Under the pieces are notes generated by a model, which was not told the origin of the DNA, made no database searches, and saw only the letters and a program-made list of their open reading frames with translations. Positions 1-13,022 of a stretch of 64,000 nt of DNA are shown here, in pieces. Where the stretch lies: the NCBI RefSeq assembly GCF_023055435.1, contig NW_025964124.1, positions 1,984,001 through 2,048,000 on the forward strand, written 5' to 3'. How positions within the stretch are numbered: the first letter of the stretch is position 1; each line of letters starts with the position of its first letter. Source of the stretch: Haliotis rufescens. Taxonomy: Eukaryota. The translations under genes and the position numbers were made by a program.

Positions 1-3000
1 AGTATATACACTGGTGTGTGTGTTGTAGATGGATGGGGTAGTATATACACTGGTGTGTGTGTTGTAGATGGATTCGGTTGTATATACACTGGTGTGTGTG
101 TTGTAGATGGATGGGGTAGTATATACACTGGTGTGTGTGTTGTAGATGGATGGGGTAGTATATACACATCACTGTGGGTTGTTGTAGATGGATGCGGTAG
201 TATATACACATCACTGTGGGTTGTTGTAGATGGATGCGGTAGTATATACACTGGTGTGTGTGTTGTAGATGGATGGGGTAGTATATACACATCACTGTGG
301 GTTGTTGTAGATGGATGCGGTAGTATATACACTGGTGTGTGTGTTGTAGATGGATGCGGTAGTATATACACTGGTGTGTGTGTTGTAGATGGATGGGGTA
401 GTATATACACTGGTGTGTGTGTTGTAGATGGATTCGGTTGTATATACACTGGTGTGTGTGTTGTAGATGGATGGGGTAGTATATACACTGGTGTGTGTGT
501 TGTAGATGGATGGGGTAGTATATACACTGGTGTGTGTGTTGTAGATGGATGGGGTAGTATATACACATCACTGTGGGTTGTTGTAGATGGATGGGGTAGT
601 ATATACACTGGTGTGTGTGTTGTAGATGGATGCGGTAGTATATACACTGGTGTGTGTGTTGTAGATGGATGGGGTAGTATATACACTGGTGTGTGTGTTG
701 TAGATGGATGGGGTAGTATATACACTGGTGTGTGTGTGTTGTAGATGGATGCGGTAGTATATACACTGGTGTGTGTGTTGTAGATGGATGGGGTAGTATA
801 TACACTGGTGTGTGTGTTGTAGATGGATGGGGTAGTATATACACTGGTGTGTGTGTTGTAGATGGATGGGGTAGTATATACACTGGTGTGTGTGTTGTAG
901 ATGGATGGGGTAGTATATACACTGGTGTGTGTGTTGTAGATGGATGCGGTTGTATATACACTGGTGTGTGTGTTGTAGATGGATGCGGTAGTATATACAC
1001 TGGTGTGTGTGTTGTAGATGGATGGGGTAGTATATACACTGGTGTGTGTGTTGTAGATGGATGGGGTAGTATATACACTGGTGTGTGTGTTGTAGATGGA
1101 TGGGGTAGTATATACACTGGTGTGTGTGTTGTAGATGGATGGGGTAGTATATACACTGGTGTGTGTGTTGTAGATGGATGCGGTTGTATATACACTGGTG
1201 TGTGTGTTGTAGATGGATGTGGTAGTATATACACTGGTGTGTGTTGTAGATGGATGCGGTAGTATATACACTGGTGTGTGTGTTGTAGATGGATGCGGTA
1301 GTATATACGCTGGTGTGTGTGTTGTAGATGGATGCGGTAGTATATACACTGGTGTGTGTGTTGTAGATGGATGGGGTAGTATATACACTGGTGTGTGTGT
1401 TGTAGATGGATGGGGTAGTATATACACTGGTGTGTGTGTTGTAGATGGATGGGGTAGTATATACACTGGTGTGTGTGTTGTAGATGGATGGGGTAGTATA
1501 TACACTGGTGTGTGTGTTGTAGATGGATGGGGTAGTATATACACTGGTGTGTGTGTTGTAGATGGATGTGGTAGTATATACACTGGTGTGTGTGTTGTAG
1601 ATGGATGGGGTAGTATATACACTGGTGTGTGTGTTGTAGATGGATGGGGTAGTATATACACTGGTGTGTGTGTTGTAGATGGATGGGGTAGTATATACAC
1701 TGGTGTGTGTGTTGTAGATGGATGCGGTAGTATATACACATCACTGTGGGTTGTTGTAGATGGATGGGGTAGTATATACACTGGTGTGTGTTGTAGATGG
1801 ATGCGGTAGTATATACACTGGTGTGTGTGTTGTAGATGGATGGGGTAGTATATACACTGGTGTGTGTGTTGTAGATGGATGGGGTAGTATATACACATCA
1901 CTGTGGGTTGTTGTAGATGGATGGGGTAGTATATACACATCACTGTGGGTTGTTGTAGATGGATGGGGTAGTATATACACTGGTGTGTGTGTGTTGTAGA
2001 TGGATGGGGTAGTATATACACTGGTGTGTGTGTTGTAGATGGATGCGGTAGTATATACACTGGTGTGTGTGTTGTAGATGGATGGGGTAGTATATACACT
2101 GGTGTGTGTGTTGTAGATGGATGGGGTAGTATATACACTGGTGTGTGTGTTGTAGATGGATGGGGTAGTATATACACTGGTGTGTGTGTTGTAGATGGAT
2201 GGGGTAGTATATACACTGGTGTGTGTGTTGTAGATGGATGCGGTAGTATATACACATCACTGTGGGTTGTTGTAGATGGATGGGGTAGTATATACACTGG
2301 TGTGTGTGTTGTAGATGGATGTGGTAGTATATACACTGGTGTGTGTGTTGTAGATGGATGGGGTAGTATATACACTGGTGTGTGTGTTGTAGATGGATGG
2401 GGTAGTATATACACTGGTGTGTGTGTTGTAGATGGATGGGGTAGTATATACACTGGTGTGTGTGTTGTAGATGGATGCGGTAGTATATACACATCACTGT
2501 GGGTTGTTGTAGATGGATGGGGTAGTATATACACTGGTGTGTGTGTTGTAGATGGATGGGGTAGTATATACACATCACTGTGGGTTGTTGTAGATGGATG
2601 CGGTTGTATATACACTGGTGTGTGTGTTGTAGATGGATGCGGTAGTATATACACTGGTGTGTGTGTTGTAGATGGATGGGGTAGTATATACACATCACTG
2701 TGGGTTGTTGTAGATGGATGGGGTAGTATATACACATCACTGTGGGTTGTTGTAGATGGATGCGGTTGTATATACACTGGTGTGTGTGTTGTAGATGGAT
2801 GCGGTAGTATATACACTGGTGTGTGTGTTGTAGATGGATGCGGTAGTATATACACTGGTGTGTGTGTTGTAGATGGATGCGGTAGTATATACACATCACT
2901 GTGGGTTGTTGTAGATGGATGGGGTAGTATATACACATCACTGTGGGTTGTTGTAGATGGATGTGGTAGTATATACACATCACTGTGGGTTGTTGTAGAT

Positions 3001-5072
3001 GGATGGGGTAGTATATACACATCACTGTGGGTTGTTGTAGATGGATGCGGTAGTATATACACTGGTGTGTGTGTTGTAGATGGATGGGGTAGTATATACA
3101 CATCACTGTGGGTTGTTGTAGATGGATGCGGTAGTATATACACATCACTGTGGGTTGTTGTAGATGGATGCGGTAGTATATACACATCACTGTGGGTTGT
3201 TGTAGATGGATGCGGTAGTATATACACATCACTGTGGGTTGTTGTAGATGGATGCGGTAGTATATACACATCACTGTGGGTTGTTGTAGATGGATGCGGT
3301 AGTATATACACATCACTGTGGGTTGTTGTAGATGGATGGGGTAGTATATACACATCACTGTGGGTTGTTGTAGATGGATGTGGTAGTATATACACTGGTG
3401 TGTGTGTTGTAGATGGATGCGGTAGTATATACACTGGTGTGTGTGTTGTAGATGGATGGGGTAGTATATACACTGGTGTGTGTGTTGTAGATGGATGCGG
3501 TAGTATATACACTGGTGTGTGTGTTGTAGATGGATGCGGTAGTATATACACTGGTGTGTGTGTTGTAGATGGATGGGGTAGTATATACACTGGTGTGTGT
3601 GTTGTAGATGGATGCGGTAGTATATACACTGGTGTGTGTGTTGTAGATGGATGCGGTAGTATATACACTGGTGTGTGTGTTGTAGATGGATGCGGTAGTA
3701 TATACACTGGTGTGTGTGTTGTAGATGGATGTGGTAGTATATACACTGGTGTGTGTGTTGTAGATGGATGCGGTAGTATATACACTGGTGTGTGTGTTGT
3801 AGATAGATGTGGTAGTATACCCACTGGTGTGTGTGTTGTAGATGGATGTGGTAGTATACCCACTGGTGTGTGTGTTGTAGATGGATGTGGTAGTATATAC
3901 ACTGGTGTGTGTGTTGTAGATGGATGTGGTAGTATATACACTGGTGTGTGTGTTGTAGATGGATGTGGTAGTATATACACTGGTGTGTGTGTTGTAGATG
4001 GATGTGGTAGTATACCCACCAGTGTGTGTGTTGTAGATGGATGTGGTAGTATACCCACTGGTGTGTGTGTTGTAGATGGATGTGGTAGTATACCCACCAG
4101 TGTGTGTGTTGTAGATGGATGTGGTAGTATACCCACTGGTGTGTGTGTTGTAGATACATGGGGTAGTATACCCACTGGTGTGTGTGTTGTAGATGGATGG
4201 GGTAGTATATACACTGGTGTGTGTGTTGTAGATGGATGGGGTAGTATATACACTGGTGTGTGTGTTGTAGATGGATGCGGTAGTATGTACACTGGTGTGT
4301 GTGTTGTAGATGGATGTGGTAGTATATACACTGGTGTGTGTGTTGTAGATGGATGCGGTAGTATATACACTGGTGTGTGTGTTGTAGATGGATGTGGTAG
4401 TATACCCACTGGTGTGTGTGTTGTAGATGGATGTGGTAGTATACCCACTGGTGTGTGTGTTGTAGATGGATGTGGTAGTATATACACTGGTGTGTGTGTT
4501 GTAGATGGATGTGGTAGTATATACACTGGTGTGTGTGTTGTAGATGGATGTGGTAGTATATACACTGGTGTGTGTGTTGTAGATAGATGTGGTAGTATAT
4601 ACACTGGTGTGTGTGTTGTAGATAGATGTGGTAGTATACCCACTGGTGTGTGTGTTGTAGATGGATGCGGTAGTATAAACACTGGTGTGTGTGTTGTAGA
4701 TGGATGTGGTAGTATATACACTGGTGTGTGTGTTGTAGATGGATGTGGTAGTATATACACTGGTGTGTGTGTTGTAGATAGATGTGGTAGTATACCCACT
4801 GGTGTGTGTGTTGTAGATGGATGTGGTAGTATATACACTGGTGTGTGTGTTGTAGATGTATGTGGTAGTATATACACTGGTGTGTGTGTTGTAGATAGAT
4901 GTGGTAGTATATACACTGGTGTGTGTGTTGTAGATAGATGTGGTAGTATACCCACTGGTGTGTGTGTTGTAGATGGATGCGGTAGTATAAACACATGGCT
5001 GTAGACAGTTGTAGACACATGGGGTAGTATATACACATCACTGTGGGTTGTTGTAGATGGATGCGGTATATA
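1..5072. repeat. Minisatellite, 39-bp unit (AGTATATACACTGGTGTGTGTGTTGTAGATGGATGGGGT) with interspersed 42-bp variant (…ACACATCACTGTGGGTTGTTGTAG…)
   Basis: Directly visible tandem array running off the left edge; the long ORFs across it are artefacts of unit lengths divisible by 3 and are broken by TG slippage. Confidence 0.97.
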
Positions 5073-5100
5073 CACACGAGTGTAGAGTGTTGTACATATA

Positions 5101-5823
5101 CTGAGTCAAATCAAAAACCTTACATTTTAAAAGTAATCCCATATATGATATACTACGGACAAATGTAGAAGGTAATTTTTAATCATTAATGTCCAATGAA
5201 AGATTTTAATTAACGGTGGTAACCATAATTTGTTCCAAGCACCTACGGTATTCGGTGATAACATCAACAGTTTAAATCATATGTCCAAAGCACGAGAATC
5301 TGATGGCAGTAGCGTGTATGGCCACTATGTGCGTTGACAACTGCCACACAACGCCTCCGCATGGACCTTGTGATGCTTGTGAACACATGATTGGAAGGGC
5401 GACGCCATTGTTGCTGCAAAATGGTGCCAAGATCTTGCAAATTCTGTGGTTGGTTCTGGAGAGTGCGCAGACTTCTGCCAAGAGCATCCCAGACGTGTTC
5501 GTTGCACATTTGAAAGGCGTGGCATGACAAATTGCCGTAAAGACTTTTGTTTTCTTGTGTTTTTCTTTTTTTGTTAATGACTGCTAACAAGTATGGCTGA
5601 AAACACGTGCGGTATTATGGCCACTTGACCAGTTGCACTCGAAAAACCACTTTTGGCACTATAGTGCTGTGCACATGATTTTGATCGATTCACCTGCACA
5701 AAAACGGGTGTTATCTGAAGACAATACGTGGCCATTACTGTTTAAATACACAATAAGGGCCAACAATGATAACTGGTCAAAATGTTAAAATTTTAGGATT
5801 GTGAAGTTTTTAATTTGGTTCAG
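5101..5823 (-). mobile_element. Internally deleted (non-autonomous) Tc1/mariner element
   Basis: TA on both sides; imperfect TIRs CTGAGTCAAATCAAAAACCTTACA / revcomp CTGAACCAAATTAAAAACTTCACA; transposase start MPRLSNVQR joined directly to C-terminal EHVWDALGR…HSGHTRY. Confidence 0.88.
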
Positions 5824-7662
5824 TATACATACGGTTGAGGGGATACCTTGCGTTGTGTAGTGAGCCTCAGTCAAACATCTATCCCGCACTGAGAGACTTA
5901 GGGGGGGCATGTTCTCGAAGCTTACTCATTGATCCCACGACTAACACGTAATTGAAATGCCAGATCTGTAATCATCTCAGAAATTGAACCATGAACAATA
6001 TGAATCAAATCTCTCATGGAAAAATATATCATAATTTTTAAATGTTATAATAATAACCAATCTCAATTATTCACTTTCACAGATGCCATTGAGAGTAAAA
6101 GCAAAACAGCAGTGGAAAGTACATGAATAGACAACTGAAAATCAGTGATGACACCGAGTTGTCGCGAAAAGGGTAGACATTTCCTGCCTTAACAAATGTA
6201 TAATTGCAATATAGAATAAAAGCGACAGATCTCTTTGATCGAAAATCTCTGCTTAAAGCACAGTTGATCGAACGATGATGAATATATCATGAGCATGTGT
6301 TTATATATCACTTTCAAATAGCGACGTCCCCAGGTGTTCGCAAAACGGTGAGCGCATCATGCCCCACCTGGTGGCATCTGTCACAAACACTTGCAAAGGC
6401 AAGTCAGTTGTTCACTCGAAAAATAACACATTATATGGAGTAACGTTAGGTATCAATCACGTACATATAATAAATTGTAAATTGGGGCAGTGATCAGTAC
6501 AAAAACAAAGTCTGTATCATATCATATTACTAATTACTAATTACATATTTGACTACACAGACACAGCTGTCCAGGTCACAGCATGTCAACAACCAAACGC
6601 CGGAGTAATGAGCCATACAGTTCAACCAAAGGCAAACTCATCCGTGAACGCAAGTCAATATAAATGGCAAATCAAGAGGATTTCTTTTCTGATCATGGTG
6701 CAAAATAAACATATGATATCTAACTTATCAAACAGTTTATGTCTAAAACAACAAATCACAATCAGCAGTAAAACAGTATTTACCCCTGAGACGGCGCCTG
6801 GAAAAAATTATCGAGCCTTGCGCCTTGAGCCTTGATCAAACATTTCAGTGACAGAGCCTGGTTACTCCAAGACAGTGTATCAAATTGTCTTACAGCGATA
6901 AACATATGAGATGTGAGAAACAAGCTTGTATGGCGTTATTGCAACTTACTGAGATGGCTACATAGGACAAGATCCGTCCATCTCAGAACCCGTTTGACGT
7001 GATACTGTTTTATTTTTGGCTTTCACGATTCACGGGATATTTAGGGCATATGCTACACAAACACAAAACGAGGATGTGTATCTTGATACGCAAAAGAAAC
7101 AGTTCATCGCATCACAGTGGTATTTCGAGAAGTACATTTATGAAATGCATAACAAAACGATATTGCATGTACTTTGTAACCTAAACCTTGGTACATTCAG
7201 GCTTCATACATCCGTGAACCCCTGCTTTACAACCCCGACAGCATAACATCTTGTTATTTGATGCCGCCTGTCTGGGTCATGTTCCCCGTAACCATGAGGC
7301 TTCCAATGGCGCCAGTATTTCACAACAAGTGCACATGTTGACATACACAAATCAATGAAGCCTGTATCTGAAGTTAAATGAAGCGTGTACACTATTTGAT
7401 CTTTGAAACAAACTTACAACAAGTCTTGGAAAAAAGGTTACTGTGACATGTTTCAACAAAAGTATCACGTGTTAACCTAGGTTACAAAGTACATTCATTT
7501 CATTACTCCGAATATTGTTATCAACAATCCATTTCCTGTCAGGGAGTACAGACAATTATAGGAGTTCCCAAAGTGTGAGACATTATCCTGGCTGGGAAAG
7601 GTGTATATGTTCATCAGTGTATAATAACATTTGAACCATTTGGGGAATCCTGGTCTTTTGCA

Positions 7663-7946
7663 TGAGTGAGTGAGTGAGTTGGATTTAACGCCGCTTTTAA
7701 CATTATTCCAGTCACATCACGGCGTGTCAGCTTAATGTAGGAGGAAAGCCCCAAGTGACGCAGGTCTCAGACGTTTACCACTTCGGTGAAACCCACGAGC
7801 ACGGATATGGTGCTGACAAACCTAGAAGCATAATCGGGGCGAACCGGGATTCGAACCCACAATCATAGGTTTCTGGCGTGTCAAAGGGACGCAACTCTGC
7901 ACAGCGAATCGCGGCGACTTACACGACTGGGCCACCCGTGCCCCCT
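7663..7946 (-). mobile_element. tRNA-derived SINE (long family), (ACTC)n tail
   Basis: B-box GGTTCGAATCC, tail (GAGT)n on + strand, TSD TCTTT(T/G)GCATGA; near-identical inverted copy at 29402-29686. Confidence 0.85.
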
Positions 7947-10156
7947 CTTTGGCATGACAATCCGATCCCATTTCATGGCCTCTTCACAATCAGCTTTGAC
8001 ATACTTCCACCGATGTTACCTTTGGTGTTGAATAGTCACGTCCATTGAAGATTATTATATCATTGCGCCAAATCATTTGTATATTTTAAAGTTTTGACAA
8101 TAAGAATAATATACAATGTAAGCTCATATGTACGTTATAAAATCAAATCAAATCAATTCCGCACACTGGTGGGCCACACATTCAGGCCTGGAGGTGTAGC
8201 TTACTTATAACAATTGTTGATTCGTCCTAGTAATTTCCACTATCGATTCCCCCCCATCCTAATACTGCTTGGAAACGAATACAAGGGGCAAACGATATCG
8301 CCTCTGTAGGAACGTCACACCACTGTGTGCTAATCAACGGCAACCAGATCCAGAGAGTTGGGTGAGGCCACCCCCTTCCTTGAAAACCAAATGTAGCATC
8401 TTATCAATCGTTTCAATCAGTGGTTAATTACTTATATTATTTGTACATTATACAAGATTTTAAAAAATGTATCTCCCACACTGTGCATCTTCCATTACGT
8501 GTTATAATGATGTAATATAGGTGTGATATATGGTACGATGATATGTATGGTATGTTATGATATGATAATGGTATATGAAATAATACTATATAGTATGATC
8601 TTATAATAATGATACAATATGATATGATATTATAGAATATGTCGTATGTTATATGAAATTACAGGGTATGGTATTGTACTCTATGTGTGAAATTATGTGA
8701 CTGTGTTGAGATGCGAGGTGGAATGACGTGAGGTGATTTGGTGAGATATGTACATAAATTGTATAAAATTGTTTATTCTTCAAATTGTACTATAGGCCTG
8801 TTGCCTCTTCAGTACGTGAAATAAAGATTAGACATGTAAGATTAAAATATGTATCTCCCCCACTTAGTCGAATCCGGGGGAAAACATGCTGTGTATTCAG
8901 GATATTTGCAATGTGGCAAAACACAGCGTAACCATTTATGTTGTCGTATTCATAATCGTTTCAGCTGTATACAATTCAATTAATAGCCATAGATGCAACT
9001 GCCTACCCATGTCCACCGGTGCGTGAACAACACATCTTATTCACGCTCAACCAGAACGATCTAATAGTTCGACAGAATATCACCTCCCATGTTCCCTTGA
9101 AAACAACCCTGAACGAGAAATGTTAGAACGCAGTATCACGTGTGTGTAAATAGCCACTGCATTCAAGGGCGTCAGCTCGACCGAGATAATCCTGCACAGA
9201 TGGTAGGTTGCTTAACTACTATATAGACTGTTTGTTGTTGAGATATATTTTAGGTTTGGTTATGAATGAATATGTAGATTGTTAAATGTCAGTGTAATTT
9301 TTAAACAATGATTGCAACATTATTTCTGTTCCGATTCAGTAGTAGTTCACTGCTATTTGATGTAAGCAACGAAAGTCTCATCTCACATTTCACCGGACAT
9401 TACATAACGACCAGTTTTTGTGTGAACCACACATATCACCCCAGATGCAGTCATGTGTATTGATTACACCCAGTTAATTAGGAGATAAACATACTGTGTT
9501 TTCAATGTAGAGCTAGGTTACCTGTAGATTTAACCGCACCAAATTGAATTTGGAACTGAACGCGCAGCGTGAGGTTTCAAATGTTAATTTCAGCGCGCTT
9601 GAGACGAAGATGCATGTACATGCAACATATATTATTGGACAGTTTATCTCAATTCTACCATGGCGAAATTTGGAGCGAATCCATTTTGAAAGAAAAGGAT
9701 TGAGATGGCGAAAGAGGTGTTTCTGCCAATCTATGCAAAAGTATATTCACAGGTGATGGCCCAAGTCTGAAACCAACTGAAAGAAGTGGCACATTAGAGC
9801 CCTACTCTCTGGCATGCACACGAATTAATATGCTGAGAATCACAACCTACAAATACTTATATCATCACTTCAATTTATGTAATGGCTGTGAATCCTGTCT
9901 CATAAGTATAAGGTCTGCAATGCTGTTGCTGAAATAAACCATGTATTCAAATGGAGATATATTGTTATTTGAATCCTCTGACCAATCAACCACAATTGTT
10001 GTTTTCAAACACATGGAAGTTAGAAACTAAAATCAAACGATTTTACAATGTGTTCATTATACCATGCAATTTACCTCATCAGTTAGGAATATACGTAGCA
10101 CTGGTGTTTTTATATTCACGTTTGTCTTCCAGTTTTAAGAAATTGAAGAAATCAGT

Positions 10157-12560
10157 ATTCAATTCAATTCAATCCTTTATTGTTTGAAAAGCCACAGGCC
10201 CACATTCAGCGGAGTAACATAACATATTTTATAAGATACAAAGTCAAGGTATCAATTCACTTCGTAACAAAAACGCATGATGTATGTACAAAGCCAGTTG
10301 ATTTTGTGTTAGAAGATCCTTGCAGGACAGTAATGAAGGCAATGTTATATCATTAAAATGAGATAAAGACCACTGCAGTAAGTACTTGCTCCTTAGATTT
10401 TCGTATATAGAGCAAATAAACATAAAATGCTATTCAGCTTCGACAACACTGTCACAGAACGGGCATAACCTTAGGAATTTCTAAGATGAAAATCTCCTTG
10501 TGTTAATTTTTATTTCATTCAGGCCAAGTCTAAAACGAATAATGATGCTACAAAATTCCTGTACCGTAGGTTTGATGAATAAGATTATGTGTGAAGCAAT
10601 GACTTGAACTGGCGATAAGTATCATATCTTGAACTTTTGTAAATATCTGTATGTCATATCTGATGAAACATATCACTGGCACGCATGCGAAAGTGCTAAA
10701 TGAATACATTTGTGTTACCAATTGTCTGGGAGAGCTAAATGAAACCAAAGCAATATGTAAAAAGCAAGGTACATATACAAGAAGCCCATGTGTTCTTTCC
10801 AAGACTATCGAGATTTACAAGCATATCGTAGGCTTTGTTGTAAAGTTGTAAACGGTGTTCAGTCATAATTATTATTTTACACCAATACTTCTAGCAACGA
10901 GTGTAAGATATACTGTACAATGGGAACCTCCCGCATTCTCCATAAACCAAATTACTTGGTGTTGACATACCAACCTTCAAAAACGTTTTACAAGCGGGAA
11001 GATAAACCTTTTCAATTGAAAAGAACTCTTTACCCATATAGTTAAATAGGTTGTATTTGAGAATCAAATAATTTCAAATATGTGTTTGCAGTAGCTCCAA
11101 GCTTAGAGATAACAGAGTGGACTTGTAACAGAGCTTTCTTTGCGCTGTTTGTGAGATTAATTACAGACTTATTCAGATTCAGTGTATGGGTAAACAATAT
11201 GCCAAGGTATTTGTATTCATTCACAACATTAATACATTTACCTTTAAACAAACATTTCTCTCTTGCGGCCACTCGACCACCTCTACGAAATAACAGTATT
11301 TGTTTTATCAAGATTAACACTAAGTTTCCATTTATCTGAATATTGCGAAAGTATGTCAAGCTGCTTCTGTAGACCAATAACAGTACTAGACATCAAAATC
11401 ATATCATCTGCAAAAAGTAGCATGAAAAGTTCTACTATGTCAGGGAAGAGCTGGACGCCATGTCTACCAGACTGCATGATATCAACATATAACTCATTAA
11501 TGAAAAAATAAGAAAGTATAGGTCTTGAAACACATCCTTAGCGTAAGCCTTTTAGTATCACCATAGCGAAACACATGATTTTTACATTTGCATACATTGA
11601 TTTAACAATGACAAGCATTTTGCCTCCCAAACCCTTATTTTTCAAACAATTTAGCTCTATTTACAGGCGCAAAGGCCTTTTTAAAATCAACAAAGGGCAC
11701 TTACAACTTACATAAATATTTGTTCAAAAGTCGATTAATTCTTTCTAAGTCCCGCTTGAGTGTCAGGGATCAAAACTCCCATATTCCACCCCAGTGCTAA
11801 TCTATAATTGATGATAGACGTAAATGCTTTACCAAGAATACTAGTGAGAGATATACCCCTGTAATTGTCAGGATTGTTTACGTTTCCATTCTTGAATAAT
11901 GGCATAATAATAGAAGGAAAAGCACCTGTATAAAACATCTGATTGAAACATATGTCAGGCATATTGAGGCATAATATCAGGTAATCAGTCCTTAAACATT
12001 TCAGCTATAACACAATCAACCCCAGCAGATTTACGTGTTTTAAAGTGAGATATCGCATTAAATATTTCCGTTCCCGTGATTCCAACAGAAGCATGCCAAT
12101 ATCACTAAAAGTTTCAATGACGCCATTATTATCATGTTCAAAGGCCTCATTGTCTACAAAATATACAGAATCGTCATTTGAGAATAACTTCTTGAAATGA
12201 TATAACAATTCTGTTTGGGATATAGATCCTCTGGGGGTAGAATGTCTGTGAAGAGAACGTATAGTGTTCCAAAATAATTTCGGACTGTAAAGTGCTGTTT
12301 AGCCGAACTAACCGTGGCGATTTTAGATGATATTTGAACTTTCTACAAAAGGTTTTATACACATTTCTCAGTTTACAGTAGCTTTTTCTGTTGTGTTCAC
12401 TGTGACGACACCTACACCTTCTGAGAGCCTTTCTGGATTCACATCTTGCTGCCCTACATGCTATATTCAACTTTGGTTTATCGTGTTTATTTTTACCATA
12501 CATAGTTTGTTTCTTCATACAGGACGCCAAGTCCAGAACCTACCGTACCAAATATGTAAT
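10157..12560 (-). mobile_element. Degenerate non-LTR retrotransposon (CR1/L2-group-like RT)
   Basis: Fragmented frames NPDNYRGISLTSILGKAF, QAGLRKN, LLFADDMIL, EYKYLGILF, LFDSQIQPI; 3' end AATAAA plus (TTGAA)n tail at ~10157-10180. Confidence 0.85.
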
Positions 12561-12684
12561 CCCCTCCTCCACATTAGCTTCAATTTGATCGATCAAAGAA
12601 TTTTCATGAATATGCAAGGACCCTCTCAGTGTTGTGATAAAAATACTTTCCTTCGATTCGTTCCATGAAAATGTACTATTCATA

Positions 12685-12848
12685 GAGTGAGTGAGTGAGT
12701 GAGTATGGTTTTACGCCGCTTTTAGCAATATTCCAGCAATATTACGGCGGGGGACACCAGAAATGGGCTTCACACATTGTACCCATGTCGAACCCGGGTC
12801 TTCGGCGTGACGAGCGAACGCTTTAACCACTAGGCTACCCGACCGCCC
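12685..12848 (-). mobile_element. tRNA-derived SINE (short family)
   Basis: Head GGGCGGTCGGGTAGCCTAGTGGTTAAAGCG…GGTTCGA, (ACTC)n tail, TSD CTATTCATAGAG. Confidence 0.9.
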
Positions 12849-13022
12849 TATTCATAGAGACAGTATGTTGCCTGAAGTGTCTTCTGATAATGGCATGCAT
12901 TTATTATGATAGTTTTTAGTTTTCGATGACACCTTGATGATACGGTTTGAGTTAAGGTTGAAGAGCATTAATTTCTAAAAGACCGAAGATACGAGTGCAT
13001 ACATATTGGAATGGTCTTGCAT

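Noticed and set aside
1-5072. CRISPR-like array
   Set aside because: No unique spacers and no cas genes; eukaryotic context.
16-5077. 1000-aa ORFs on both strands (VCVVDGWGSIYTG / HTHQCIYYHIHLQ repeats)
   Set aside because: Units are multiples of 3 without stops in those frames; 2-bp TG slips near 735, 1240, 1790 and 1990 break the frame; there is no unique N- or C-terminus.
7663-7946. tRNA genes suggested by A/B boxes (also 29402 and 41229)
   Set aside because: They carry SINE bodies, tails or TSDs and do not form a canonical cloverleaf.
8500-8750. Degenerate (ATATG)n-like tract; likewise the degenerate short tandem at ~29950-30220
   Set aside because: Ordinary decayed simple repeats.
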